Shown here: positions 26,340 through 39,900 of the stretch, one piece after another
How positions within the stretch are numbered: the first letter of the stretch is position 1
Layout of the letters: the number at the start of each line of letters is the position of its first letter
NCBI RefSeq assembly: GCF_018977255.1
Contig: NW_024704742.1
Coordinates: 46,254,001 to 46,318,000, forward strand
DNA length: 64,000 bases
Direction of reading: 5' to 3'
From: Callorhinchus milii
Taxonomy: Eukaryota
Position numbers and translations under genes: made by a program
The notes under the pieces: model-generated
What the model was told of the DNA's origin: nothing
Database searches by the model: none
The model's input: the letters and a program-made list of their open reading frames with translations, nothing else

Positions 26340-27087
26340 AAGAGTTATTGGTCAGTACATTTCAAAAATAATTATTGATTTGGATAATTTTAATTATCTA
26401 AAATATAGATTTTTTTTTAAACTCTGAAATCCATTTGAAGTGTTCCTAGGAGCAATATTATATGTGACAGCACCTATCACAAGGAAAGTGGTACCATCTG
26501 TCAATATTGAAAATTGAATTCAGATTGACATATTTTCACCTCTTTCGAATATAGGAGCTAGTAGCTATGTTTTTTCTTATTACCATTGCAGTGAAAATAG
26601 ATGCTTCTAAATAAACTGGTTGCTTTTGTTTTTTCTTATTATTTACAAGATTAACCATGCCAACAAGCAGACGTTTCTCACAGTACATCATCAGAATGTC
26701 TGCTTTCTCCCAATATGTCACTGTCTAAGACGGTTTAGATGAAGAAGGACCTTTGGCCTATCAGATATGATGTGTATTCTCATCTGAAGGACAGTACGCT
26801 GACAATGTAACACCCCCACCAGCACCACAATGGGAGACAGCTTAGACTTTGTGATTCCCTATGTGGGCTTGAACCCACAAGCTTCCAACTCAGAGGCTGA
26901 CTCACTAAAGATCCTACTGATCTGTCTGTCAGTACCCTATTCCACAACTTTGGTAGTGAAGATCATCACTGGTACCATCACAATGAGGCACAACTCCCTC
27001 CCCCAAAGGAATAACTGAATTAGAGCCAGTGTTAAATTAACATCACCATCAATTATCACAACACTTTGTGGTGTTTTGTATAAATCA

Positions 27088-27262
27088 AGTATTTTTAATG
27101 TCACTGTGAATATTGCTGTAATATATATTCTGTGTGTCTGAGTTAGGTTAGTGATTTTTAACATCATAGTGGATATGCTGTAATATACAGCATGTATGTA
27201 GTATGTCTGAGTGAGATAGTGATTTTAACATCACTGTGTGTATACTGTAATATGCTGGTGTG
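27088..27262. repeat. degenerate tandem repeat, about three units of 60-70 bp
   Basis: Recurring TTTTAA(C/T)(A/G)TCA...CTGTAATAT...TGTCTGAGT. Confidence 0.7.
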
Positions 27263-30200
27263 TGTGGCACAACCCCTTCTCTCCCTATAGTGTTGTTCTG
27301 ATTTTGAAACTGATCATCTGCCACCTTATAATTCCAATTTTGAGGTGAGAGAAATCTACATTTTGCCACTGTAATACTTGACTATCAGTATTACCAGCTG
27401 GCAAAATAAACCCCAAATTTGACAGTAATTTACCGCAAAGGGAATTACTTGTATGCATACAAACACTGTAAAGCAATGAGTTATTTCGCTTGATACATAT
27501 GGCGCGTGAGTGGATTATATTGACATTGGTTTGCACTGAGTCATCACCACTCTCTCTTCCCTCATCCTGTAATTCAGTGGTTCACAAAGGTGAAACAACC
27601 AGCAGAACTCGCTCATGGTTGCTGAAGCAGGTGCTTTAAGGAGAATTGGTGGATGGCAGAAGAAAGCAGGATGGACAACAAAGTCGCTACAAGTACACAC
27701 TGAATATACACTTGAATAAATGCAACACAGTGTTGACAAGCACCTTGGGACGTCCTCCCAACATGAAAGGCGCTATACAAATATAATCATGTTGTTGTTG
27801 TTGTTGTTGACTTCCGGGAATCCCTAACCGCCAACAGATAGCAATGATGTGTTGAAGTGAGAGAAACAGTGAAGGGCTGTGAGGAGCAATGCCTTGCCAG
27901 TGTGGAGGCAATATGCGGGAGATAGAAGGATCAGCAACATCTGAGTGATCAACAGGAGAACCCCAGACTCCCCTCACCCCAGGAACAAGGTTATGAGAGG
28001 GTTGTGTCTGTCTTGTATTGATCCGCATTGTCATCCACGCACCCATCCCTAATATTAATAATAATAATCCTTCCATTTGATATAGTGATATCATGCCATT
28101 GAGACGTCTCAAAACACTTCACAGAATATACTGTAAAGTGAATTGACTATATTTTGTGGCCGAAAACAATAAAATAATCTAACATGAATTTATGCACGTT
28201 TCATTGCTAGCACTGTCATCCTCGAGTATGAGGGACACACTACTATTTTGCTTGATAAATTAGAACAAATTAAAATACCATTAGGACTAACTGACAAGGT
28301 TAATTTAAATTACTCTATTCCAGAACTGCACAGATATCTGCTTTACCATAATTTTATTTGTTCTGTTGCATCTCACATGGACTTTATTTTTTCACAGATA
28401 CACTTTCCAAAGCATTTAATACATGTGGATCTGAAAAATAATTAATATTAAAATATGCATTGGGCTACAGTAAAATTATTAAAGCTGTCAAAATAATAAC
28501 TAGAATTTGTGCAGTAAAACAAAATAAATTATTCAGAATCAGTTTAAATTAAAAAGGTGTCTTCAGCAGACCATAGGACCAAGCATTTGCGTATGGATCT
28601 TATAACCTGAACCTCAATTTTGTACACATCTAACTGTTTAATTCATGATCTACTCATCATATGAACAAAGAAAGACATTAATTTCATGAAATGTCAAATT
28701 TTATACAGCTAATGCTGGGCTGTGTATCATCTTTAGGCTCCAGATGCAATATACATATCCACAACCATTACAAATTGATTCAGGATCACTGGCTTTTGCT
28801 CCCTGATCAACTGGTACATATGAGATTAATGCTCAGCTGCTAAGTGCACTGTCATCCAGATTTGCCCTTAGATGAATGTGTGCATTTACAGATCTGCTTA
28901 AGTGTAGTGAGTCATGCTTTATAACAAAACTAGTAAAGTGATACAGTAATATATATATTCAAAGTAATATATTGCGGCTCATTGGACCGCTAGTACCACA
29001 TTACAAATTGAAGTACTTACGGAAAACACAGCTTCAGAAGTAAAACTTTTGTCGTTAAGAACTTGCCAAACTCTAGATGCACTGAAAAGCTAAGAAAATA
29101 GAGTCAGAAATCGAGAGCCAGGTAGAATTTCTCCCTCGATGAGTTCTCGCTCTATCACCCCATCTCCTGGGGGAAAATATTGCACAGATACTCCCAGTAT
29201 CCCCAAAACATGCACTCTAAAGCTCCAAAATATTTCTGTACCACCAATTAATATCACAACACGTGCTCTCCTCCAATTCATTTATGAATATTGTATAAAG
29301 CAGGAAACCCTGTTCAGAATCTTGTAGAGCTCCACAAATCACTTCAATGTACCCTTGCCCATTTATCATTGCCTTTTGTTTCCTATTGCCAAGGCAGATT
29401 TCAATTAAATTAACTTACCATCATTTCCATGAGTTTTAACCATGTTTACATGTTTCACATGTGGAACTCTATGAACAAATGTTTTCTGAAAAATCCAGGC
29501 AAATTAGATTTCACTCCATAGCCCTTAAATATGAACTCAGTAAAGCATCAACCAGTTGGTTTGAGAGGAATGGTCTTTTGTTTCTAAATCCACATTGGCT
29601 GCTCTTTGTAACATCTGTGCTCTTTAGATCAGGATTGATAGCGTCCTGCTTAATTTCCTAAAGCGAGTCTCTCCAGCAGCACTAAAGGCAATCATTGCTC
29701 TGGCTGGAAGCAATCAAAAAATGATCATAGATGTCTTTCAGAATCTCAACTTCAGTAATAAATATATCAAAAATAATTACTGAGCTAACTAAGTGGATTT
29801 TTAAATTCTGAAAATGAATTCAGATTCTAAAATAAGTTCTTACAAATAGTATCCATAGAATCATAGAAATGTAATTGCATAGGATATTATTTAGCTTGTC
29901 ATACATGTGCTAACTCCACTTGACATATTTATAACCCCACTTCACTATTGTTTCAGCCAAATAATTTTACACTGAATCTTCATCAATTTTCTTATAATAA
30001 GGGAACAATACCAAAGCAATTTAATGCTGTGTTTTCCTTTACCACCCTAGTTCACTTGACGCATTTATTAAATTATTTGCTGTTATCTTTGATACCATCC
30101 ATACTTCTTCCATATTCCCTCTTCTTTCTCTGTATTATTTCCTTTGTCCCCTTTTATTCCTCTCTAGATTACCCCTGTCCTCAGTCTTGCCACTGTCCCT

Positions 30201-30629
30201 TACCATTTCAAGGCCCTTTTATATTTTGATTAATTCTCATGGTAACCAACTTATTTGACCACAGTTGCTTCATACCAGAAGTACAATCTAATTTATACAA
30301 GTCAGCCTGATTTATACTTCCAACTCCTTGTCGTATTAGAGTCGTAAAAAAAATGAACACATGGTTTTGGAGCGATGTGCATTACATGCACACAGAAATC
30401 AGCCGTTCATTTTTTTAATGTTATTAAGGTGAACTCACGGAGTTGACTCTTTAATAATGTAAGGAATTGCTTTGTGGGTGGAATATCTGGGAGTTTTCAA
30501 ATGACCGTGGGAAGTGTGAGTCCTATGCAAATCATACCTGCCATTATGTTTACATTGCATTGCTCCTGAAACAACAATATCAACAACAACTTGCATTTAT
30601 GTAGCCCCCTACACACAGGATAGCATCTG

Positions 30630-30980
30630 TTAAATGTTGTCCATTAAATGATAACTTTTGCAAATGTCTTAAGCATAGCTTTTCTCAGAAGACAATGTTG
30701 TCTGTGAACTAATTAATTTTATTCGAACGGAGAGGAAAGCAATAGAAACGCAAATTCATTGCACTTTCAGCGAAGCCATCTAAAAAGACTCACAGAGCCA
30801 TGTTAATTTTTTGGGGGGTGAATTGGATGTCTGACACATGTGGAAACCCATCACCATGCTTAAGAGTATGCAAACCAAGCTGAGATTTCCATGCATCCCA
30901 CCTATCCCAGAGATAGATTGTTGGAATGGAATGCACATTCTTGTCCTGGAGAGACACATCCTGCTTACCTAATTCCAGAA
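30630..30980 (+). repeat. unclassified interspersed repeat X
   Basis: Colinear with 33384-33746, e.g. GCTTTTCTCAG.AGACA.TGTTGTCTGTGAACTAATT and AAACCAAGCTGAGATTTCCATGCATCCCACCTA. Confidence 0.9.
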
Positions 30981-31052
30981 ACCACCTCCTCTGGGGGATG
31001 ATAGGAAAGGCTAGCCTCTCACAAGATTTGTTGTGGCTTTTTCCTGATTTAT

Positions 31053-32720
31053 ACAACAACAACTTGGATTTATATTGGGCCCTCCACGCAGGGTAGCGTC
31101 TCAGGTGTTTAACAGTGGCAGAGCATGACTTTGAGCTGGGGGGGTGGGGGCGGGGAGAGGTGATTGTAAGCATGGTCAAAAAAACAAAGTTTTCAGGTGG
31201 GACTTGAAAAAGGGGAGAGGGGGGGGATTGAAGGAGAGTGTTCCAGAGCTTCGGGGTGTAGTGGCTGAAAGCACGACCTCCAATGGTAGAGTGGAGGGTG
31301 TGAGGGACGAGCAAGAGGCTGGTGCCAGTCGAGCGGAGGTGCCGGGTGATGGAATGGGGAGTGAGGAGGTCGGAGAGATAGGGAGGTGCCAGGGAGTGAA
31401 TGGATTTGAACACGAGTGCGTGGATCTTGAAGTCGATCCGTTCGGTGATGGGGAACCAGTGGAGCCCGGCCAGAACGGTGAGATGTGGGTACGGAGTTTG
31501 GTCTTGGTTAGTACGCAGGCAGCAGAGTTCTGAATGAGCTGGATCTTTTGAATAGTGGAGCTGGGGAGCCCGACGAGGAATATGTTTGAGTAATCCAGGC
31601 GGGAGGTGACAAACGCATACACGAGAGTATCAGCTGCATGTGGGGGTAAGTAAAGTCAGAGGTGGGCAATATGGCGGAGGTGGAGGAAGGTGGTCCTGGT
31701 AAGGGACCAGATGTGAAAGAGGAAGGACAGCTGGGGATTGAGCCTGACACCAAGATTTGGCACTGGTTCGGTGAGTGTGAGGGAGACCCCAGAGAGGTTG
31801 AGGAGTTCAGATCTGCAGGAGTGAAGATGTTGACAGAAGCCAAAGAGTATGGCTTCTGTCTTGTCCACATTCAGCTGCAGGAAGTTTGTACTTCAAGCTG
31901 TGTATGCCAGACAAGCTGATAGAACATCGGCGGACCTGTAGTCGATGCTGGAGGAGGCAAAGTAGATTTGTGTGTCATCCACATACATGTGAAAGTTTAT
32001 CTCAAGTCTGCAGATGACATCACCAAAAGGTGGTTTATAGATAAGGAAAAGAAGAGGGCCAAGGATGGAGTCCTGGGGTAACCTTCAGGTGACAGGTGAG
32101 GGGCAGGAGGACAAACCAATTACCGAGGTGAAGTGGAGGCGGTTGGTTAAGTAGGACTCGAACCATGCGAGTGCGGTCCCACTGAGGTGAATGAGGGAGG
32201 AGAGGCAGTGGAGGAGGATGGCGTGGTCGACTGTGTCGAACTCGGCAGAGAGGAGGCAGTGGGAGCCCTAGTTACAAATAAAGAGGATGTTGTTTATGAC
32301 TTTGACAAGTCTGCCTCTGTGCTGTGGGCAGGGTGAAAACCAGCCTGCAGGGGCTTGAGGAGGGAGTGGAGGGAGAGTTGTGACCGAAGTCAACCTGCAA
32401 TAATGTGTTCCAGGACTTTAGCAAGGAAGGGTAGGTTGGAAATGAGACGGTAGTATAAAAGGTTAGAGGGATCGAGGGCGGCTTTTTCGAGGAGGGGTGT
32501 GATAATAGCGTTATTCACAGGGGAATGGAACAGAGCCCGAGGAGAAAGACTGGTTGACCATGTTAGCCAGCAGGGGGGAGAGGAGGGGGAATTGAGTGAC
32601 CAACAACTGGGTGGGGATGTGGTTGAGGCAGCAGGTAGTGAACTTCATGCGGGTGATTGTGATTGAGAGGGAGGAAGGAGAAATAGGGACAAAATAGTGT
32701 AAGGAGGGGGGAGTTTTGGC
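31053..32720 (-). mobile_element. older L2-clade LINE with a distinct tail, 5'-truncated
   Basis: AFVTSRLDYSN, KTEAILFG, FHMYVDDTQIY and [10 protein letters not shown] motifs in broken frames; tail GACGCTACCCTGCGTGG differs from the young L2. Confidence 0.93.
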
Positions 32721-33383
32721 TATACTCCATGTTGGGTGACGAATCATGCAATATGAACACAGCATCCGAGCACTGCAGTACTCAAACTATACCAAACTGT
32801 GGTCACAACAGTTTTTGTAAACATATATTTTTGACTGACAATAAATGAAAGCATATATTCAAGAATAACAACTTACACCATCATAAACCATTTGATCTCT
32901 CTAATTTCATGATGTTTATCAATGATGTTTCCCAGAACACATTGGATTGTGTAAGCTCTTTTCTTTTGCATAATTTCTTATAAAATTGCAACGGACTCTC
33001 ATATTAACTCCTTTTAGCACTGAGATTCTCAGAAATGCTGTATATCTCTTCTGAGCCCTCAATCATACCAACACCTCAGAATTAACTGACAAAGTGAAAT
33101 TGTAACTTACAGAGTGCTAGACTCGTGACTTACACTTTAATGATTTCACTGCATTTTCTTCATCAGCATAGGGCTCAGGAGTATTTATATTAAATAGTTG
33201 GAAAAACGCAGACGGCATTTTGTTTTTGTCTCATTATTAATATTATTGTTTGATATGGAAAATAAATGAATGCCATATATCATCTAAGTCATACGTTCCA
33301 TCAATTAGAATTTAATTTCAAGTGATTTATGCTTGCTTTCAGATCAACACTTGACAGTTAGGATTTTGATGCATATTTCTCAT

Positions 33384-33850
33384 TTAAATGTTGTTATTAT
33401 AACTTTAACAAATACCTGAAGCATTGCTTTTCTCAGGAGACACTGTTGTCTGTGAACTAATTCATTTTATTTGAACGGAGAGAAAAACCATACAAACACA
33501 AACTAATTGCATGCACCTTCAGCAAAGCCATCTAAAAAGACCAAGTTAAGACCATATTAATTTTTTGGATGGGTCAGCTGGGTGTCTGACACATGTGGAT
33601 ACCCATCACCGTGCTTAAGAATATCCAAACCAAGCTGAGATTTCCATGCATCCCACCTACACATGGAAATTCCAGCAATAGATTGTTGGAATGGATTGCG
33701 CACTCTCTCCCTGGAGGGACACTTCCTCCTTACCTAATTCTGGAAAGTATTAGGCGCAGGTTGGCAAGAGCCAAGGCTTGGGGAACCCAAAGTATACGAT
33801 AGGGTAATGCTGGGGTCTAACCAGCTAAAACCGCATAGCTTGCCATTGAT
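33384..33850 (+). repeat. unclassified interspersed repeat X, longest copy
   Basis: Matches 30630-30980; its part from about 33555 to 33850 matches the reverse complement of 53835-54110. Confidence 0.9.
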
Positions 33851-34225
33851 ATAATAATAATAATAATCCTTACATTTCATATAGTGCCTTATCACGTTTT
33901 CAAGACATCTCAAAGCATTTCACAGACTACACTGTAAAGTAACTTGACTGTATAGTTTGTGAGCGAAATGTGGCAACCAATTGTGCACAGCAGTGTCCCA
34001 CAAACAGTCATGGATTGAGTGATCAAATTATTATTATTTTTTGAAGGGATTATTACAGCTGGAAAAGCGATCCACCAATCGACTAACAACCGTTTTACTA
34101 CTTGCTAGGTGAACATAAGCTTGTGGAGTAAGGAAACTTGTCCAATGGTTTGCCCTGCCCAGGAATTGAACACAGGACCTCTCGCTTGTGAGGTGAATGC
34201 TCTAATCGCTAAGCTACAGGACTCC
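33851..34225 (-). mobile_element. tRNA-derived SINE, long variant, full length, older
   Basis: GGAGTCCTGTAGCTTAG head, CORE-like segment, GTTAGTCGATTGG insert, older tail variant. Confidence 0.92.
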
Positions 34226-34774
34226 AGTCTGGCAAGCTTTCCCACTGCTTGTCCAGCTAGGACCACCCTATCCATTAGGATTTTGGCTTGCAGGGTTAAC
34301 AGAAGCTAAGTGGGATGACTCCCTGTTCCCAGTGACTGGTCAGTGACAGCCATGTGAAGCTGTGAATAAGTTACAAATGTTTGTCAATGGGCCACGTTTG
34401 TGAGTTGGGTTAACCATATGCAAACACATGTGCAAAGAAGAATTATAGATTCCTTTCATCAAGGAAATAACAATTCATGAAATGATTACTAAATCACTCT
34501 GATCACTACTGCTCTTTTCTCACCAGTGTTTTGCACCTCACCCAATTTCTGAAGAATCTACCTACTCATAGCCTCTTAGACTATTTTGTATTAACAGTTA
34601 AGGTTTGTAGCACTTGAATTGTAGCACTTCATTCATACCTTATGAGGTTTGATTTGAACTTGACCTGAACTTGAATCTGCAAGGTACTTTTTCATGAACT
34701 TAAAGACAAATTCAAGAGTGGAAAATATTCATTGGGTGGTTATTTGCTCATGTCCAGTCACCTTACATAGGCAT

Positions 34775-35030
34775 CAACCTGGTTCAGTTGTTAAAACTCT
34801 TGCTTCTGAATCAAAAGATTGTGGGGTCAAGCCCTGTGAACTCACAGTTTAGGCTGAAACTTCAATACCATGCTGGAGGAGTGCTACATTATTGGAGGTA
34901 CTTTGATTGGAATGAAACATTAAACCAGGTCCTGTCTGATTGTTTGGGTGAACATTAAAGATCCCACAGTACTATTCAAAAAGAGAAGGGAGTTTCTCCT
35001 GTTGTCCTAGTCAACAGCTCTCCAGATAAA
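34775..35030 (+). mobile_element. Deu-domain SINE, 5' part
   Basis: tRNA-like head CCTGGTTCAGTTG...GGGTCAAGCCC, then TTAAACCAGGTCCTGTCTG...ATTAAAGATCCC. Confidence 0.8.
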
Positions 35031-35159
35031 ATGAATCAATGTGGACCTGAATCACAAGAATCATCAGACAGAACCATGGTTCTAAATCCTCATCTAAAGT
35101 ACTGCACCTCCAACAGTGTAGTATTTTCTCTCTTCAACACTATTATGCCAACCAAGATT

Positions 35160-35512
35160 AATAATCCTAAAATGGTTGCATTTGATATAGAGCACATCTT
35201 CAAAATGTTTCAAAGTGCTTCACAAAATTCTAGTATAAAGTGGACTGCTGTGTGGTCTGCTGTTGGTGAAAGCAGCAGGCAATTTGCACACAGTAATGTC
35301 CCACAAATAACTATGAACTTTAATGATCAATTTTATCTTGGGGATGGTTGGCCAAGATCCCAAAAGAAACTCTCGCTGCTTTTTCAAACAGTGCCACTGG
35401 ATATTTAACGTCCACTTGAACAGGCAGAAGGGATTTCAGTTTAATGTCTCATCAGGAGAATGGCACCTGCACCAATCTGGTGCTCTGCCAACAGTGCATT
35501 GGTGTGTCAACC
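35160..35512 (-). mobile_element. Deu-domain SINE
   Basis: Reverse complement of the Deu motif (TTTAACGTCCACTTGAACAGGCAGA...GTTTAATGTCTCATC) plus the shared tail. Confidence 0.8.
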
Positions 35513-36399
35513 GACAGAGCTTCCCTTTATTGCAAATTTGTTCCTGTTCATTTTTTTCTTTCTGGATAAAAGGCTTTTTTTTAAAGAACTTTTTGTTATT
35601 CTTTTATAATTACTATAATTATGATTTATACTCATCTCCCCTACTTGTCTCAACCTTAACATTTAGTTTGTTCATTCCAGTTTTGCTGCAGATGCTACTT
35701 TTCCTTTTCAATCTGCCAATTCTTGCTGTGTTTACCTCTTTGACTTTTACATTTAGTTCTATTGCTTTTTATGTCTCCTGACTACTTCTTGGCACACATT
35801 GGTATTCAATGCTCAGGGTTGAAGGTGCCAGCAAGTTGATGCAGTGTAATCCTATGCCCCAGTTCTCCAGTACAGCTGCTGATTTTGTTTACTTCATTGT
35901 TTGTGAGCCTGTGCCCATCATTGCTGTCTTTAGTATATTTGCAGATAACCTCTCACAGCAATTTCATTTAAGTATAAATATGGAAATATTTCTCCAGAGT
36001 CTGTTTAAATGAAGTAACTGGGAAAGGTTTGTACACAATGTGAACCCAACAACTACTGATTCATGTTGAAACACAGTGGTATTCCCACAAATAAATAAAC
36101 TAACAACATGGTCTAGGTAGACTTTTCTTTAGAGGCAGGAAGGGCTGAGAGGGGAGAGAAGGGAATTTAACAAAATGTGGCAGAAACCAACACATCAGTA
36201 TTTATATACCAGTACACAGAGAACAGCATACGATAACTGATGCTCAGTTTACACTAGGCACATTGGAGATTTAGCCAGCGGTTACAGTAATTAACAATGT
36301 GTTCAATATAATTCAAGAACAAAACACACAAAAATACATCTCTTTGGTTCCTTCCTAGCTGATTCCTAGGTTTGGTGAAGTGACAGCATACATCATCAT

Positions 36400-36560
36400 C
36401 AATGATGTTGCATTTCAACAGAAGCTAGCTAAACACATGAGGAAGATGGAAATAGAAGGGTATGGAAGAGAATAAGGAGTGCTAAAGACTTATGTGCAGT
36501 ATAAACACCAATGTGGACTAGCTAGGCTCAATGCCTTGTTTCCATACTGTAAATCTATAT
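36400..36560 (+). mobile_element. CR1-type 3' end fragment
   Basis: GCATTTCAACAGAAGCTAG...GAAGGGTATGG...GGACTAGCTAGGCTCAATGCCTTGTTTC; similar pieces near 50750, 59860 and 60280. Confidence 0.6.
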
Positions 36561-36939
36561 CAGGGGGTTTCAAACTGGTGTGTGCACACCCGATGGGGTG
36601 GTGGGTGTGGGGGAGAGACAAGGTTACTGCTTTGTTTATACTAGTATTTTGCCCAAGTTCAGGACGGGGAAAGGAGGGGAGTGGAGAAGCTGAGAATGAG
36701 GGAAGGCCGGGCCTTGGAGAAGGGAGAGAAAAGAAGAATAAATAGAAAAAACGGTTCATCCTGTTCTCTCTGCTTCAGTTATTGGTCACTTAAAAGCCTG
36801 GGGACAAGAGACCAAGAGACAGACAAGCCCGTGCCTTCCAAGGAGCACACAAACATGGAATTTTCTAGAAGGACAGTGACACTCATGGGACAGTAATGTC
36901 CGAAGGGGAACGCAGAGTGAAAAAGTTTGGGAACCAATT
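36561..36939 (+). mobile_element. hAT (Charlie-like) MITE with TIRs and 8-bp TSD
   Basis: Left end CAGGGGGTTTCAAACT, right end AGTTTGGGAACCAATT; flanks ATCTATAT (36553-36560) and ATTTATAT (36940-36947), 7/8 identical. Confidence 0.85.
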
Positions 36940-39900
36940 ATTTATATAAATTATTTAAATCTAACTATCTATGTTTGAGCACTTTTAAATGATACCAGAG
37001 CTCTACTAGCAATGTACATGTTTAAGACCTCCGAGGTCCTGATCTAGAAGTTCTAGGTTTATTTCTCGTGAGAGCACATGTTGTAAGTAAGAATATTTTC
37101 ACAGTCAATTTCATTTTATCATATTGAAATTTCCCACAAAATGAAATTGACTGTGAATTACATTTATTGGAGCATGCTGCATCATATTGAGTGGACTGAG
37201 AAAGTCTCTTCTGTTCTGTACATTCCTGATGATTACTGATAGTGTGAAAAATGCTTGAGCAACATTTTCTGCATTTTAACACAAATATTATGTAATTCTC
37301 CATAAGTAACTAGCAGTCATTGATTATAGCCCAAGACTGAGATATGACGTGATATATTTATATAGCCATCCTGGCTTAGTTGGTAATGCTTTCTACTGCT
37401 TGTCTGGTTAGATTAACAGGAGAAATGTGGGAAGGATCCCCGTCCCTAGTGCCTTGTTAACAAGCCAGACTGGCTGGACCATCATCAACAGAGTCTTGGA
37501 GTACTGCAGACCTACTTGGTTCAGAAACCAGACTCTCGAGATTAGAACAAAGGATTGATTTGATTCTGATATAGAGACAATCATTCCCAAAGAGCGCCTA
37601 TACAAGTCATTCTGGATAGTCTCTTATTGGATATACTGTATGGCATATACTGTCACAACATTTGAACAACTATTTTTATTGATTTGTTTTCAGTTTTCCC
37701 TTACTCTTCTGAAGGAGGATGACTACTGTGATGAAGTGTTCGATGGGTCGTAACAGCCCTCTGGTATGTCAGCCCAAATAGCCGTCCTTCAAGTGTGAAT
37801 TGAGACAGTGAATGTGTTGGCAGACTATTTGATAATGAGAGGCATCACAACTGAGCCAGAACCTGTGGTCACAGACATCTGCACAGTCTACCCACTGATG
37901 GGTATTTCTGCTTGTTCTCTGGACAACAATTAGAAGCAGGAATAAGAACGTTTTTTTTTCATTTCTAGCCCAGGTCATTCTAGCGCACCAACAAAATGCT
38001 ATTGTTTTAATAGATGATTCTAAAAAAAAATCTTCTTAAATTAAATGTTGCAGCAAAATTGCTGTTTGCAGTTTTACTTGAGGCTCTGTATGATGTATCG
38101 TTGAAGTAAAACCAGAGACAACCAAACTGGTGTAAACATAATGTGCTTTTGCTATTAGCAATTCATAATCTTATTTCCTTCACATTTCAGTGATCTCTTA
38201 CTGCCTGTACGTTCACTCTATTCGCGATGTTGCCTCCTTCGCTAAACTAAACCAAACAAGAAGTGTTTTCAGAAAACGATCAGGGAGCATTCATTCCCAA
38301 ACCTGTCACAAGGATAGGTACAAGGACACACTTTTAACTACTTTTTTGATTCTGTTCTTCAATATTTCCATTGTTAAATAAGGATCAGAATATACTCTAT
38401 TTAAGAATATTTCAACTTTAGCCCCATAATTTCAAACTATTTTAATTCGCCAGCAAATACACAGTCACTAAACTTTACAGTAAAATTCTATGAGGAGCTC
38501 TGAGATATTTTGATGACTTGATAAAGTGTTACATATTATTTTTCGATGATGCAAATGTATAAACAATATGATTTTGTGTTGTGTCTTGATGTGTTTTGAA
38601 ATCAAAAAACAAAAGTTAGCCACACACTTGTTGAAAATAATATTCTCCCTTTAGAAACAGTGTTGGAGAGATTTGTACTCTGCAGCGCTATCAATGGTCT
38701 GAATTGTAACCAAACAGTTAAAAATAGACATTGCTTAAATGAAAGGCAGCTGGCTCTTATGGATTCTTGATAAATGCTCAATCTCTTTCTTCAACACCCA
38801 CAGAACGGAGGCCAAGGTTTCTGCAACTTCCCTTCCAGCAGTACAAACACAAAATTAAAACAGACACTGATTATGTAAGGGAGAGCGGGCTTGTGTGACT
38901 ACTTGATTAATACTTCTGGGCTCTGTGAAACATTGAGGTAGCAAAACAAAATCTTTTGAAGACACGGACACTTGGTGCAGTCCCCACGTCTCACAATGCT
39001 GAACTCACTGAACCAAACAAATCCATCCGGGTAGAATACAGAAATCCATTCTTAGCACTTTGCCGCACTGCTCGTGGAGTGAAACTCCATAAAGGATGGA
39101 TCAGCCTATGAACAAATCAACCTATTCAGCGAAATGGTGTTTTGATGCCAGGCAGGAAGAAATTCAAGAAAAACATTAAATTAACTATTTTGACAGAATT
39201 GAAGGCATCACTGCACAGATGGCAACTTAGAGGGGAGCACGAAGGCTTGCTATATATGGTAAATTTGTCCCATTTTCAGCAAAATGAAAGGCTTACATCT
39301 ACAGAGCATTTGGAAGTGGTGGACACAGGGACGACTCCTGACTGTTTTAAAGGGAGCGGTCCAAAAAACGTGTGCACAACGTATGTGCATTGAAGGAATG
39401 TACCGTAAACAACTGAATATTTTTTGTATTGAGAGAAAAGGGAGAAATTGTAACAGAAGATGTTGTGTTTGTTTTGGATTTCTGTTATACTAATATATTT
39501 ATAAATAAATGTATATTTTCAAAAAAAAGTTTTCCTGTGTTGAATGTACACAGTCCTGAGACTCAGCCATAATTTATTTCTGTTTATCACTTCCGCTGGC
39601 ATAAATAGCAAAGCACTTTTAAAAACAATAATAACAATAACCTTTGCATTTCATATAATATCTTATCAAATCGTGTCAAAGCACTTCACAGGATTTACTG
39701 GCCAGGACACTGGGAGAAACATTCTATTCTTTTTGGATAGTTTTTGGATAGTTGAATTGTATCATGGGATTTCTAGTGTCCACTTTAACAGGCAGATGGG
39801 CATATTCTTGAAATGGCTCTTCCATTTTATACATGGATTTGTTAATCCTGCTGACTCTGATCATAATAGATATCCTTTTGAATCTTAGCTTAGGTTTGGA

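Noticed and set aside
27088..27262. Repeat-spacer-like periodicity suggesting CRISPR
   Set aside because: Units are degenerate tandem copies without unique spacers; eukaryotic context and no cas genes.
30830..30900. HGDGFPHV in repeat X as a Harbinger GFP.V motif
   Set aside because: No following GAIDCTH or other colinear transposase motifs.
37700..37830. Possible exon on either strand, or a degenerate Penelope-type hammerhead motif
   Set aside because: Phase is incompatible with the neighbouring candidate exons; the hammerhead core (CTGANGA...GAAA) is not intact.
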